Origin: an uncultured Poribacteria bacterium
Lineage (GTDB): Bacteria > Poribacteria > WGA-4E > WGA-3G
NCBI GenBank assembly: GCA_951813565.1
Contig: OX638351.1
Coordinates: 5,362,983-5,426,982, forward strand
Direction of reading: 5' to 3'
Length of the DNA: 64,000 bases
The notes under the pieces are model-generated. The model did no database searches. It was given only the letters and a program-made list of their open reading frames with translations, and was not told the origin of the DNA. A program made the translations under genes and the position numbers. This document shows positions 20,191-29,775 of the stretch, one piece after another. Within the stretch, counting starts at the first letter, position 1. The number at the start of each line of letters is the position of its first letter.

Positions 20191-21246
20191 GTGAACTTAA
20201 AAAATGTTTTTACAAAACTTCAAGAAAAACGGGTGATGGTAATTGGAGATATCATCGTGGATGAATACATCTGGGGTGATGTGAACCGAATTTCACCAGA
20301 GGCTCCAGTTCCCGTGTTCGAGATGACCAAAGAAAGAACCGGCTGTGGAGGTGCTGCTAACGTAGCACAAAATATCATCAGTTTGGGAGGTAAAGCAAAA
20401 TTAGTCGGTGTCATCGGGAAAGACAGAGATGGTGAAAAACTGATCCAGATGCTAAATCTTATGGGTGTCGGCACTGCTGACATCTGTATGGATGTTCAGC
20501 GTCCCACGAGCAAGAAAACCCGTGTGATTGTCCTCTCTGATACAGCAGATTTCTCACATCTAAACGTGGACAACACTGATGACCTATCTTTACACCAGGG
20601 ACACCATCTGCTTCGGATTGATAGGGAGTCTAAACAGGAAATCACTGCTATGCTGAGGGAACGTCTGTTGAGTGCTGTTATTTCTCATATAGCCGAGGTT
20701 GATGCGATTATTTTTTCTGATTACGATAAAGGTGTTGTTAGTGCAGAACTTATCAAAGCGGTGGTGATGCGTGCAGAGTCTTACGACATACCGATAATAG
20801 TTGATCCGAAGCGTAATAATTTTTGGAAATATGAAGGTGTAACTGCCCTAACACCGAACCATAAAGAAGCAGGGGAGGCTGTACAGGAAGAAATTACTGA
20901 TGTGTCACACCTAATTACTGTTGGCGAAAAGATATTAGATCGATTATCGTTGCGATCATTGTTGATTACGCGTGAGGAAGAAGGAATGTCACTATTTCAT
21001 CGGGATTCCGATGGTACTTTGCAAGTAGAACACCTACCACCCTATTCGAGAAAAGTGACAGATGTAACAGGTGCAGGAGATACTGTGGCTGCTGTTTTCA
21101 CGCTTGCTCTTGCAGCACAAATTGATTGCCGTAGTGCTGCGAAACTATCAAGTCTTGCTGGCGGAATTGTAGTTGGAAAGATGGGTTGCGCAACTGCCAC
21201 ACCAGAAGAACTGCATCAGGCTATTGAGACATTGCCTCAAACATAA
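20191..21246 (+). CDS. rfaE1: D-glycero-beta-D-manno-heptose-7-phosphate kinase (HldE/RfaE kinase domain only)
   Basis: VIGDIIVDEY, RISPEAPVPV, GGAANVA, SDYDKG, DPK, TPN and DVTGAGDT. Confidence 0.88.
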   Translation: MNLKNVFTKLQEKRVMVIGDIIVDEYIWGDVNRISPEAPVPVFEMTKERTGCGGAANVAQNIISLGGKAKLVGVIGKDRDGEKLIQMLNLMGVGTADICMDVQRPTSKKTRVIVLSDTADFSHLNVDNTDDLSLHQGHHLLRIDRESKQEITAMLRERLLSAVISHIAEVDAIIFSDYDKGVVSAELIKAVVMRAESYDIPIIVDPKRNNFWKYEGVTALTPNHKEAGEAVQEEITDVSHLITVGEKILDRLSLRSLLITREEEGMSLFHRDSDGTLQVEHLPPYSRKVTDVTGAGDTVAAVFTLALAAQIDCRSAAKLSSLAGGIVVGKMGCATATPEELHQAIETLPQT

Positions 21247-21303
21247 TTACAATCTCAATCCTTTAATTTCTCAATCTAACTACAACCTATCTCATAAATT
21301 ACT

Positions 21304-21411
21304 TGTAGGGCGAGGTCCCGGGAATGCCATAAGGCATTCGGACCGTTGATTTGGTGCCTCGCCATGTCTCAGGATCGAAACAACGGGCGGGCACAGGGAC
21401 CCGCCCCTACA
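21304..21411. repeat. REP doublet TGTAGGGCG...CGCCCCTACA with a micro-element inserted at 21319-21353
   Basis: The left arm GGGCGAGGTCC^GTGCCTCGCC is interrupted; the right arm GGGCGGGCACAGGGACCCGCCCCTACA is intact. Confidence 0.8.
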
Positions 21412-21500
21412 ATACAAGTGAACTTCAGTGCAAATAACGAGTAAAACCCAAAAATCGGATTTATGAGATACACTCTAAATACCCACATCGGAGATATAAC

Positions 21501-22061
21501 ATGAAAACCATCTTTCTTGATAGAGATGGTGTTATCAACAGAAACCCACCAGATTGGGGTTATGTCTGCAACTGGACAGATTTTACTTTTCTTCCTAACG
21601 CCTTGGAAGCAATACGAGACATAACCCAACGTGGTTTTCGCATTTTTGTGGCAACCAATCAAGCAGGTATCGGCAGAGGCATTTTTACAGAGCAGCAGCT
21701 CACAGATATCCATCGCAAGATGTTAAATGAAATTGAAGATGCGGGCGGACTTATAGAAAATATTTACTACTGTCCACACCATCCTGATGCTGGATGTGAA
21801 TGTAGAAAACCGAAACCCGGAATGTTATTACGAGCGGTCCACGAATATGATGTAGACATGTCAAATTCATTTTTTGTTGGTGATTCAATTACAGATATTC
21901 AAGCAGCCCGAAATGCTGGTGCATCGCCGATACTTGTCTTAACAGGACACGGACGTGATTCTTATGACCACTATATCAATTCGGATTCTAACGACAAAAC
22001 GCATAAGCCAGACAAAATTTTTACAAATCTCTATACCGCTTCCCGTTGGATAATTCAATAG
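21501..22061 (+). CDS. gmhB: D,D-heptose 1,7-bisphosphate phosphatase
   Basis: FLDRDGVIN, TNQAG, CPHHP...CECRKPKPGM and VGD; adjacent to the heptose kinase. Confidence 0.9.
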   Translation: MKTIFLDRDGVINRNPPDWGYVCNWTDFTFLPNALEAIRDITQRGFRIFVATNQAGIGRGIFTEQQLTDIHRKMLNEIEDAGGLIENIYYCPHHPDAGCECRKPKPGMLLRAVHEYDVDMSNSFFVGDSITDIQAARNAGASPILVLTGHGRDSYDHYINSDSNDKTHKPDKIFTNLYTASRWIIQ

Positions 22062-22115
22062 TTGATCTCGCTTTGCGGTGCATTCAAACGTCCAACACAT
22101 TTCTTGAGGTAATTT

Positions 22116-23786
22116 TTGAATTACAAACATAAAATCCTGATATGTGTTCCAATCTTTTTAGTGATATGTATTGTATTGATGTGGCAATTTCCGAATGTCG
22201 AATCTGAAAAGGGTGGAACTGTATGGTGGTATAGCGTTATTCCGCCGTTGCTTGCTATCACTTTGGCAGTGATAACAACGCGTTTGTTTCTGAGCCTTGG
22301 TGTGGCAGTAGGCGCTGGGCTTTTCTTTGCGTGGGGTCAGCAAGGGTTATCATTAAACACATTTTTTTCGGAGGTCGTTTGGTTTGCACGTGCCGTAACC
22401 GTTGGCAATGACGGGATTGACCTATTTAATATCTGGGTCATTCTTTTCGTCCTTTTCATGATGTCAATGATCTCCGTAGTGATAGCATCAGGAGGAATTG
22501 CAAGTGCCATTTCGCTTCTAAGTCGCCTCGCGAAGGGACCTCGTTCTACCCAATTCATCACTGCTGTGATGGGCACAGTGATTTTTATAGGTGACTATAG
22601 CAACGCGATGCTCGTGGGTCCTACGATGCGACCTATCACTGATCGGTATAAAGTAAGTCGTGAAAAGTTAGCGTATATTGTGGATTCGACGAGTGCACCG
22701 ATTGCCGGACTTGCTTTTGTTAGCACATGGATCGGTTATGAAGTGGGACTGTTTAATGGAGTTGCCGAGAATATCGGCTTAGATAGTGATGGCTATTCAA
22801 TGTTCTTTGATGCGCTGCCGTTCCGCTTCTATTGCATTTTAACCATCATTTTTGTACTCATCAATACGCTTAGTGGACGAGATTATGGTTTGATGCGGCG
22901 GGCGCAAAAGCGTGCACGGAACACAGGAGATGTTTCTGCTCCTGATGCGAAAGTCATGGGAGGTATCACAGCGGACATCGGCACGGAAAGTGGCAAAACT
23001 CAAATACTTTCTGCAGTCGTTCCGCTTACACTGCTATTTAGCTTGATTCTTGGTGGATTATGGGTGGATGGTGAAGGGGCTGGATCTATTTTTTCTTTGA
23101 CTGCCTGGCGTGACGCGCTTTCAAACGCGAATAACGTTAAAATACTTGCCTCTGCCGCCATAATCACGTTTGTCACAGCCATCTTATGCGCGAAATTTTT
23201 CTCTAAAATGTCTTATTCAGAAATCGGTAAAGCTGTAAAGGAAGGGCTTTCAGGTACACTATTACCGATAGGAATTATCTTGTGTGCGTGGGGTATAAAA
23301 GCGAGTTGTGATAAATTATTGACAGGTGAGTTTATTGCTTCAATACTCAGTGATGTCGTATCGCCACTCTGGTTTCCGGCGCTTGTTTTTGTTGTTGCAT
23401 CACTTACATCTTTTGCGACTGGCACCAGTTGGGGAACAATGGCGATTCTTATCCCCACAGCAATTCCTGTTGCGTTTCTTCTTGATAATGACACTTACGG
23501 AATTACGACAATCATTTGTTTAGGTGCAGTACTGGATGGTGCTATCTTCGGTGACCACTGCTCGCCAATTTCGGACACGACCATCCTCAGTGCGATTGTC
23601 AGCAGCTGCGATCCGATGCACCATGTGAGAACGCAGATGCCTTATGCACTTACTGTTGCGGTAATTGCTTTAATGTGCGGTTATCTTCCAGCTGCACTGG
23701 GTTTGCCGTCATGGATCGGAATAGTAATCGGAATAGGAGTCATTGCTTTGTTATTTTTAGGGTTATCTCGTCTACGGACCGAATAA
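22116..23786 (+). CDS. NhaC-family Na+/H+ antiporter / amino acid transporter
   Basis: SREKLAYIVDSTSAP, FATGTSWGT and GAIFGDHCSPISDTT. Confidence 0.9.
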   Translation: MNYKHKILICVPIFLVICIVLMWQFPNVESEKGGTVWWYSVIPPLLAITLAVITTRLFLSLGVAVGAGLFFAWGQQGLSLNTFFSEVVWFARAVTVGNDGIDLFNIWVILFVLFMMSMISVVIASGGIASAISLLSRLAKGPRSTQFITAVMGTVIFIGDYSNAMLVGPTMRPITDRYKVSREKLAYIVDSTSAPIAGLAFVSTWIGYEVGLFNGVAENIGLDSDGYSMFFDALPFRFYCILTIIFVLINTLSGRDYGLMRRAQKRARNTGDVSAPDAKVMGGITADIGTESGKTQILSAVVPLTLLFSLILGGLWVDGEGAGSIFSLTAWRDALSNANNVKILASAAIITFVTAILCAKFFSKMSYSEIGKAVKEGLSGTLLPIGIILCAWGIKASCDKLLTGEFIASILSDVVSPLWFPALVFVVASLTSFATGTSWGTMAILIPTAIPVAFLLDNDTYGITTIICLGAVLDGAIFGDHCSPISDTTILSAIVSSCDPMHHVRTQMPYALTVAVIALMCGYLPAALGLPSWIGIVIGIGVIALLFLGLSRLRTE

Positions 23787-23810
23787 GGATCCATTTTAAC
23801 CTATCAAATT

Positions 23811-24710
23811 CTACGAATTTCTATTAGGAAACCGTAGAAATCTCTTGGCATTTCCACCCATAATGTCTGCTAACTCTGATTCTGATAGATTAGGTAGCAG
23901 TTTTTCTATAATGGTTGTAAGTTCCCCATAGCCTGGTTCTTCCAAGATCCACGGAAAATCAGTTGCCCACATCAATCGTTTAACACCAAAATCGCTCAGT
24001 AAATTCCCATGCCATCCTGCTAAATTCTGATACGGATATGCCTCTCTGCTGAACGCGTATTGTCCTGACAAATGCACCGTAACGTTTTCAAACCGCGCCA
24101 TCCGATAAGTTGTGTGCATATTGAGGTTGTAGCCTGATACTTGGATCTGTGGTCTGCCAAGTTCGTCCAAGGCGAATTTTCCTTTTCCCGGTGTCATACC
24201 GAGATGATTGAGAACCACACGAACCTGCGGAAACGCTTGGACTAAATACGGTAGCAGATGGGCATCAATTGAACGCGGATAAAGCCATAAAACGTAGTCT
24301 TTTTCAGCGGCACACTCCCAGATAGGATATGTTTTAAACTCTCTTGCATCCGCTGTCGCAAAAATATCCCTCGGTCCACCAAGTTCAAAGAGACGGAAAC
24401 CGATTATTCCAGTTCCATCTGCCAATTCAGCCATGTGTTTTGCGGGGTTAGGATGATCAGGTGGGACCAGTCCTATTCCAAGAAACCTGTCGGGATAACT
24501 TTTGAGACAATGCCGCAGATAACTGTGGTGTTCAATACTTGTGCCACCGATTTGGACAAGAACTGCTTGGTCAATCTGACTTTTTTCCATTTCACCTAAC
24601 AGTTTTTCGGCAGATTCCTCTCGTTCTGCCGGACAAATCGGCGTAACTTCTCGTGGGAATTCGGGTGAAGCCTTTGTAAATACGTGAACATGTGCATCAA
24701 TTTTTGGCAT
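23811..24710 (-). CDS. Amidohydrolase_2 family protein (L-fuconolactonase-like)
   Basis: IDAHVH, LNHLG and RLMWATDFP. Confidence 0.85.
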   Translation of the reverse strand: MPKIDAHVHVFTKASPEFPREVTPICPAEREESAEKLLGEMEKSQIDQAVLVQIGGTSIEHHSYLRHCLKSYPDRFLGIGLVPPDHPNPAKHMAELADGTGIIGFRLFELGGPRDIFATADAREFKTYPIWECAAEKDYVLWLYPRSIDAHLLPYLVQAFPQVRVVLNHLGMTPGKGKFALDELGRPQIQVSGYNLNMHTTYRMARFENVTVHLSGQYAFSREAYPYQNLAGWHGNLLSDFGVKRLMWATDFPWILEEPGYGELTTIIEKLLPNLSESELADIMGGNAKRFLRFPNRNS

Positions 24711-24769
24711 AAATCACTTCCTTAGTCGTAGAACTTCTAACGCTTGATGGAATTGTGGTATGTAAGGGT

Positions 24770-25486
24770 TCAGTCAGCTAAGCTAAACAATTTACGACGT
24801 TCATGTGTTGCGCAATATTCGGAGATGGCGGCGAACTGCTCAGGTCCAATCCGTCCTGGAGTGCGCTTTTCATAAATCAGAATAATCGATTTTCGCGGTA
24901 CATCCGAAGCATTATCCATTGATGTATGCCAACCGCATGAATTGAACATAATGGCAGTTCCTGCTTTTCCTGGGAAAGTTTTATGTCCAGGCATACTCTC
25001 CTGTCGAAGCGGACGTTTATAGGGACCGGTGTCTGGTTTGTGACTGCGCGGAACAAAACCGAATTCACCACTTCCTGCGGAGACATCGTTAACGTAGATT
25101 TGCACTTTAATATGTAGTGGATTGCTCTGTCCCACATCGGGATGCCACCCTGTATAGCTGACGGGCCACGGTGCGACTGTTCTGACTTGTGGTCCGAGCA
25201 GAATCAGATCATCGTCTGTAAATTCCATCAACGCGCCGTAGTAGCTTGGGTGATCAATGAGATCGATAAAAATTGGGTCTTTTTCAAGCGGATTTGGAAT
25301 ATCGTAAAAGGTGGCAGCAGCTTCACCTGCTTCAACTCTATCCAACCATTCATCCTTACATTCCGCTGCCCAAAAATCAAAGGCAGATTGTAGACGTTTC
25401 AAGTCATCACCTTGAATTGCGTTTTCAAAAACAAGGTATCCTTCCTGTTCCCATTGTGCTTTTTGCTCTGGAGTTGGTCTAATCAT
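24770..25486 (-). CDS. Phytanoyl-CoA dioxygenase (PhyH) family protein
   Basis: EQEGYLV, WHPD, VPRSH and WH...R; the ATG overlaps the upstream stop (TAATG). Confidence 0.85.
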   Translation of the reverse strand: MIRPTPEQKAQWEQEGYLVFENAIQGDDLKRLQSAFDFWAAECKDEWLDRVEAGEAAATFYDIPNPLEKDPIFIDLIDHPSYYGALMEFTDDDLILLGPQVRTVAPWPVSYTGWHPDVGQSNPLHIKVQIYVNDVSAGSGEFGFVPRSHKPDTGPYKRPLRQESMPGHKTFPGKAGTAIMFNSCGWHTSMDNASDVPRKSIILIYEKRTPGRIGPEQFAAISEYCATHERRKLFSLAD

Positions 25487-26529
25487 TATTTTACCTTCCC
25501 TCTTCCTGCAATTTTCCATATAGTTTCAACTGTATGCCCACGCACCGCTATCAATTCATCGTGAAGATTACTTGTCATTCCTTGGTGCAATGGAATTACA
25601 GAGAGTCTTTCACCGACCCTAAACCGGCGCGAACATTCGCTTACATTTACATGCCCGTGTTCAACTGACATGCCGTAAATTTTCGCGTCGGGGTATTCTA
25701 TGATATACCCGTAGGGTGTCGGTGGATAACTGGTAAACGTTTTTTGTCCGCCATCAACGATTATGCGGTCGGGTGTTGGCGTACTAACAACTGTTACAAG
25801 AATGCGAAGGACACATCGGTCTGGCGATAACATTTCTGAATTACCGATACGTGTCATTCCTTCGTAAACATAAGAACCGCTGCGCGTTTCCGTGCATCCA
25901 AGTTCTTTTGATGCTGCTTCTGCACCTGTTCCACCACCGCTGATAATGTTTATAGGAATACCATCATTATTTAATAGATCCACTGTTTCAGTAATAAACG
26001 GTTTTGCGTTTGCGTTACTTGGATAGGTCATCACACCTTGAAAATCGATTCCTGACATTTTAACAACCTTTTGTGCCAAGTGTTGTGCCTGTTGTGGTGA
26101 GCCTACCCCACATCTTCCTCCGCCTGTATCAAGTTCCAATACAACAGGAACGACACATCCATCTGTAGCTGCCTGTTGAGAAATACCTGATGCTGTTTCT
26201 TCAGAATCCAGAGCGACTATAATCCGAGCGCGTTTTGTCAGTGCTGTTAACCGTTTCAACTTCGGTTTGCCAACGATGTTATACGGAATTAGGATATCGT
26301 TAATTCCTGTTTCTACCATTGCCTCTGCTTCACCTAATTTCTGACACGTAATTCCTTGTGATCCAGCATCAAGTTGCAATTTGGCAATTTCTGGAACTTT
26401 ATGTGTTTTGGTATGAACGCGTAACGGAATACGGATGTTATGACAGTGGCTTGCCATTCCGCTTATATTACGCTCGAGCACATCTAAGTCGGCAATTAGG
26501 CAAGGTGTGTCTAAATCGTTGATGTGCAT
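25486..26529 (-). CDS. DSD1/D-threonine aldolase-family PLP enzyme (alanine racemase fold)
   Basis: LDTPCL, RVHTKTHK, GRCGV, DGGQK and SVEHG. Confidence 0.88.
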   Translation of the reverse strand: MHINDLDTPCLIADLDVLERNISGMASHCHNIRIPLRVHTKTHKVPEIAKLQLDAGSQGITCQKLGEAEAMVETGINDILIPYNIVGKPKLKRLTALTKRARIIVALDSEETASGISQQAATDGCVVPVVLELDTGGGRCGVGSPQQAQHLAQKVVKMSGIDFQGVMTYPSNANAKPFITETVDLLNNDGIPINIISGGGTGAEAASKELGCTETRSGSYVYEGMTRIGNSEMLSPDRCVLRILVTVVSTPTPDRIIVDGGQKTFTSYPPTPYGYIIEYPDAKIYGMSVEHGHVNVSECSRRFRVGERLSVIPLHQGMTSNLHDELIAVRGHTVETIWKIAGRGKVK

Positions 26530-26644
26530 ATAGGTAGTCCTCCAACAGAATTCTGTTTTTAGTTTATCTATAGAGGGATTTTATGTCAAGTATTTTGGCT
26601 ATAACGAAAAATGGAGTTATGGAATTATTTTTTCAAATTTATAT

Positions 26645-26673
26645 TTGACTTTCTCTGCAATTTTTTGTATAAT
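26645..26673 (+). promoter_or_regulatory. Sigma70 promoter
   Basis: TTGACT-17 nt-TATAAT; a divergent TTGACA-17-TAAACT near 26560-26588 serves the aldolase operon. Confidence 0.7.
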
Positions 26674-26870
26674 ACTACTAACCGCTAAAAACAGAAGATT
26701 CAAGATGGGGCCCCTTCTCAACATTTTATGTCTGGGATCTTCTGGTTTAGCGGCCAGGGTGCCCCGTTTCTTTATTGTGCGTGTAGAAGATCTACCGAAC
26801 AAGAATAGGGAACCCGCTCAACTCTCAGATATGCTCTGTGTAGCATATCAACTAAATAGGAGAAAGAAAA

Positions 26871-27824
26871 ATGATCAGATTGAAATCAATCGGTATCACA
26901 GTAGCGATAATATGTTCCTTATGTCTATTCGGACTGGTGCTAACGCCTTGTGTTTCCGCACAGTTAGCGATAGATGCCCATATAGCGACGGACATAGTGG
27001 ATCCTGATGGTAACACACTTGTTACGGCTTATGTATCTATAGATGACCTTTCTTATGATGGCTCTGATGGCGTTGTCGATCTGGATGGCACTTTCTATGT
27101 TTACAACTATGATCAAAAGAGAAGCATAACCTATAATGGCGACATCCGCCTTGAAATCTTCGACCTGAACGGTAATACTTATATCCCTGATTCCAAAAAG
27201 ACGGTAAGTGGTAGTTTAGAAAAGAATGATGAGGACGCGCTTTGGTGGGAAGTCTCCGACAGTATTACTAAAAACACGAACTTACATGTTGAGTGTCTAT
27301 CAACAACTGCCTTTGGTCAAGAACCCATAACAGCAGGCGCCAGGTACACGATGTCTGCTAATATAGCACTCAGGGTGACTGGTTTTCGTGATGAAGAAAC
27401 TTGGGCGACCTCCTACTCAACTACTTTTCGGCACGATCCCAAAACTGATGTTGAGCAACTCGAAGGTCTCGGTCCGACAACGGATGGCGAAACCTTTTCT
27501 GACGATTGCAAAGCCGACAGCGAAGATGAGCGGACGAATTGGCAGTCACTGATATATACAGATGGACTGTATCATGCAGTCTATTGGTATGTGAAGGCAC
27601 CTGGGGATACGAGTGCCTATGGTAGTACTGCGGGTGTATCTTGGGGGGACGGTGCTACGAGGAAAGCAACTATGACCACCAGTTTTCCTGAGGATGTCGA
27701 TGATCCGGATATAGAAGGGGAAGAAAAGCGGGTTTACTATGAAATCACTGCCTATGTATACAGATGGGACCTAAGCGTCTACTCGAAATCCTACCTTGTC
27801 GATGTGTACGACGCAGGAGAATAA
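26871..27824 (+). CDS. Secreted hypothetical protein, acidic and beta-rich
   Basis: AGGAG RBS, signal peptide and a 317-aa open frame; no family recognised. Confidence 0.75.
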   Translation: MIRLKSIGITVAIICSLCLFGLVLTPCVSAQLAIDAHIATDIVDPDGNTLVTAYVSIDDLSYDGSDGVVDLDGTFYVYNYDQKRSITYNGDIRLEIFDLNGNTYIPDSKKTVSGSLEKNDEDALWWEVSDSITKNTNLHVECLSTTAFGQEPITAGARYTMSANIALRVTGFRDEETWATSYSTTFRHDPKTDVEQLEGLGPTTDGETFSDDCKADSEDERTNWQSLIYTDGLYHAVYWYVKAPGDTSAYGSTAGVSWGDGATRKATMTTSFPEDVDDPDIEGEEKRVYYEITAYVYRWDLSVYSKSYLVDVYDAGE

Positions 27825-27922
27825 GAGAATGAAGTTCTTGTTGCTTTGATTTTATAGAAAACAACGATAGGCACGGGGGACCAACCGTGCCTATCGATAC
27901 ACCGTAAAAATGGAGGTGAATA

Positions 27923-28903
27923 ATGGTCATGCAACGTCTCACCTTATGTTGCTTGTTATTATTGTTGCCGGCACTCACGCACGCAAAGATCGTTTTCCAG
28001 TCCTATGGCTTAGGTATTTATGTGATGGACGATGACGGGCGTAACGCCAAAATATTAGTCAAAAGGGTAGACGGGAGGAGTGTCTGGTGGCCTGTTTGGT
28101 CTCCTGATGGCAAGCAAGTTGCTTTTAGTAAGAGTCTGCCAGTAGAACCGAGGCAACCACAAAAGTCAGCTATATTTATCATCAATAGCGATGGCAGCAA
28201 TGAACACAGGCTCACCGACGACAACGAGGAGAATCTTAATGGAAATCGTCTTTTTGAGGGGCATTGTTCTTGGTCGCCGGATGGGAAACACATGGTATTC
28301 ACAAGCCCCCGGCTTGCCAAACCGGGAACTGCTCAGCACGATGCCTGGCGGATAAATATAGAAACAAAAGCGTTACAGCGACTGACACGCACAGTTTCAT
28401 TGACAACAGCAATGGCTTGGTCCCCTGATGGTAAATATATTGCGTATCAAGACGACATCAGCGGGCGTACCACAATCCATCTGATGCGTGCCGATGGTAG
28501 CGGACAGCATGAACTTGTGCCTGGGCAGGCAAACTATACCCGTAGGTCTCCGCGTTGGTCTGTTGATAGCCAATCTGTTCTGTATAGAGAATGGAATGGT
28601 CATTCAACAAAAGTTGTCATTCATGATATCAAGAGTAACAAACGACGAGTCGTAGATACACCCGACAAATGGATAATCCACAGTGCGTGTTTTATGGGCA
28701 GAAAATATCTGTTGATTTCAGCAAAGCCTCCGAATGCTGAGAAGCATGACCTCTACCGCTATCACCTTGTTACAGGTGAACTCGTCAACCTGACAAACAC
28801 GCCTGCTGTAGATGATTACGGACCAGATTGGATAGACGATGATGTGCTATCGGTTTCGCCAGTGGGGAAAAAAAAAGTAACGTGGGGAGAGATAAAGCAG
28901 TAA
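27923..28903 (+). CDS. TolB-like / PD40 beta-propeller secreted protein with C-terminal TWGxIK motif
   Basis: GGAGG RBS, signal peptide, WSPDGK repeats; ends VSPVGKKKVTWGEIKQ. Confidence 0.85.
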   Translation: MVMQRLTLCCLLLLLPALTHAKIVFQSYGLGIYVMDDDGRNAKILVKRVDGRSVWWPVWSPDGKQVAFSKSLPVEPRQPQKSAIFIINSDGSNEHRLTDDNEENLNGNRLFEGHCSWSPDGKHMVFTSPRLAKPGTAQHDAWRINIETKALQRLTRTVSLTTAMAWSPDGKYIAYQDDISGRTTIHLMRADGSGQHELVPGQANYTRRSPRWSVDSQSVLYREWNGHSTKVVIHDIKSNKRRVVDTPDKWIIHSACFMGRKYLLISAKPPNAEKHDLYRYHLVTGELVNLTNTPAVDDYGPDWIDDDVLSVSPVGKKKVTWGEIKQ

Positions 28904-28938
28904 GTCAGTAATCTGTAGAGACACATCAATTTTTTCAT

Positions 28939-28973
28939 AGGCAGGTATCCTTTATTGGGTATCTGCCTTTTTT
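28939..28973 (+). terminator. Intrinsic terminator
   Basis: AGGCAGGTATCC-tttatt-GGGTATCTGCCT followed by a T run. Confidence 0.75.
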
Positions 28974-29139
28974 CTTTTTGAGTTATATTGAACATAGCAC
29001 TAAATAGGACGCGAGGTAACTCTCACCGAAAAAGTAGGGTACTTATAGTAGATTTTACAATCTGAAATTGAAAATTATGGTATAATTGATATTGAGATTT
29101 TAGATTTCGCTAAATCTATAGGGAATTATGGAGGCATTT

Positions 29140-29724
29140 ATGTCATCTGCTGCAGCCCGAACCTATCTTACACCTGAAGAATATATCTCTTTTGAACGCA
29201 AGGCAACCACTAAACACGAATACCTAAAAGGACAAATAGTCGCGATGTCCGGTGCAAGTCGCGCACATAGTTTTATCACTGGAGATATTTTTGGGGAACT
29301 ACGAGACCAATTGAAAGGACAGAAGTGTGAAGTCCATTCCAGTGACATGCGCGTGAGAATTCATTCAACTAACTCATATTTTTATCCGGATGTTGTCGTT
29401 GCCTGTGAAGAACCTAGGTTTGAGGATAACGTATTTGATACACTTCTTAACCCAAGAGTTGTGATAGAAGTTCTTTCTCCTTCAACGGAAGCCTATGACA
29501 GAGGTGAGAAATTTGAATTTTATAAGCAGCTTGATTCTTTGCAAGAATACCTCCTCGTTTCTCAAGATAAGGTTCTTGTTGAACATTACCGTTGCCAAGA
29601 GACTGAGTGGTTGAGGCGTGAGTATAAGGAACTTGGTGATGTGATGTCGCTATGTTCAATTGAATGTATGTTGCGTTTGCAGGATATTTATGCACGCACC
29701 GAATTGGTATTGAACGCGTCTTAA
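29140..29724 (+). CDS. Uma2-family (PDDEXK) endonuclease
   Basis: KHEY...AMSGAS..H, YFYPDVVV, IEVLSPSTEAYDRGEKF and LQEYLLVSQ. Confidence 0.9.
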   Translation: MSSAAARTYLTPEEYISFERKATTKHEYLKGQIVAMSGASRAHSFITGDIFGELRDQLKGQKCEVHSSDMRVRIHSTNSYFYPDVVVACEEPRFEDNVFDTLLNPRVVIEVLSPSTEAYDRGEKFEFYKQLDSLQEYLLVSQDKVLVEHYRCQETEWLRREYKELGDVMSLCSIECMLRLQDIYARTELVLNAS

Positions 29725-29775
29725 TGACCAAAAGGATTTAGCTACAGCAATAGACACCCCAAATATGTGCTTATC

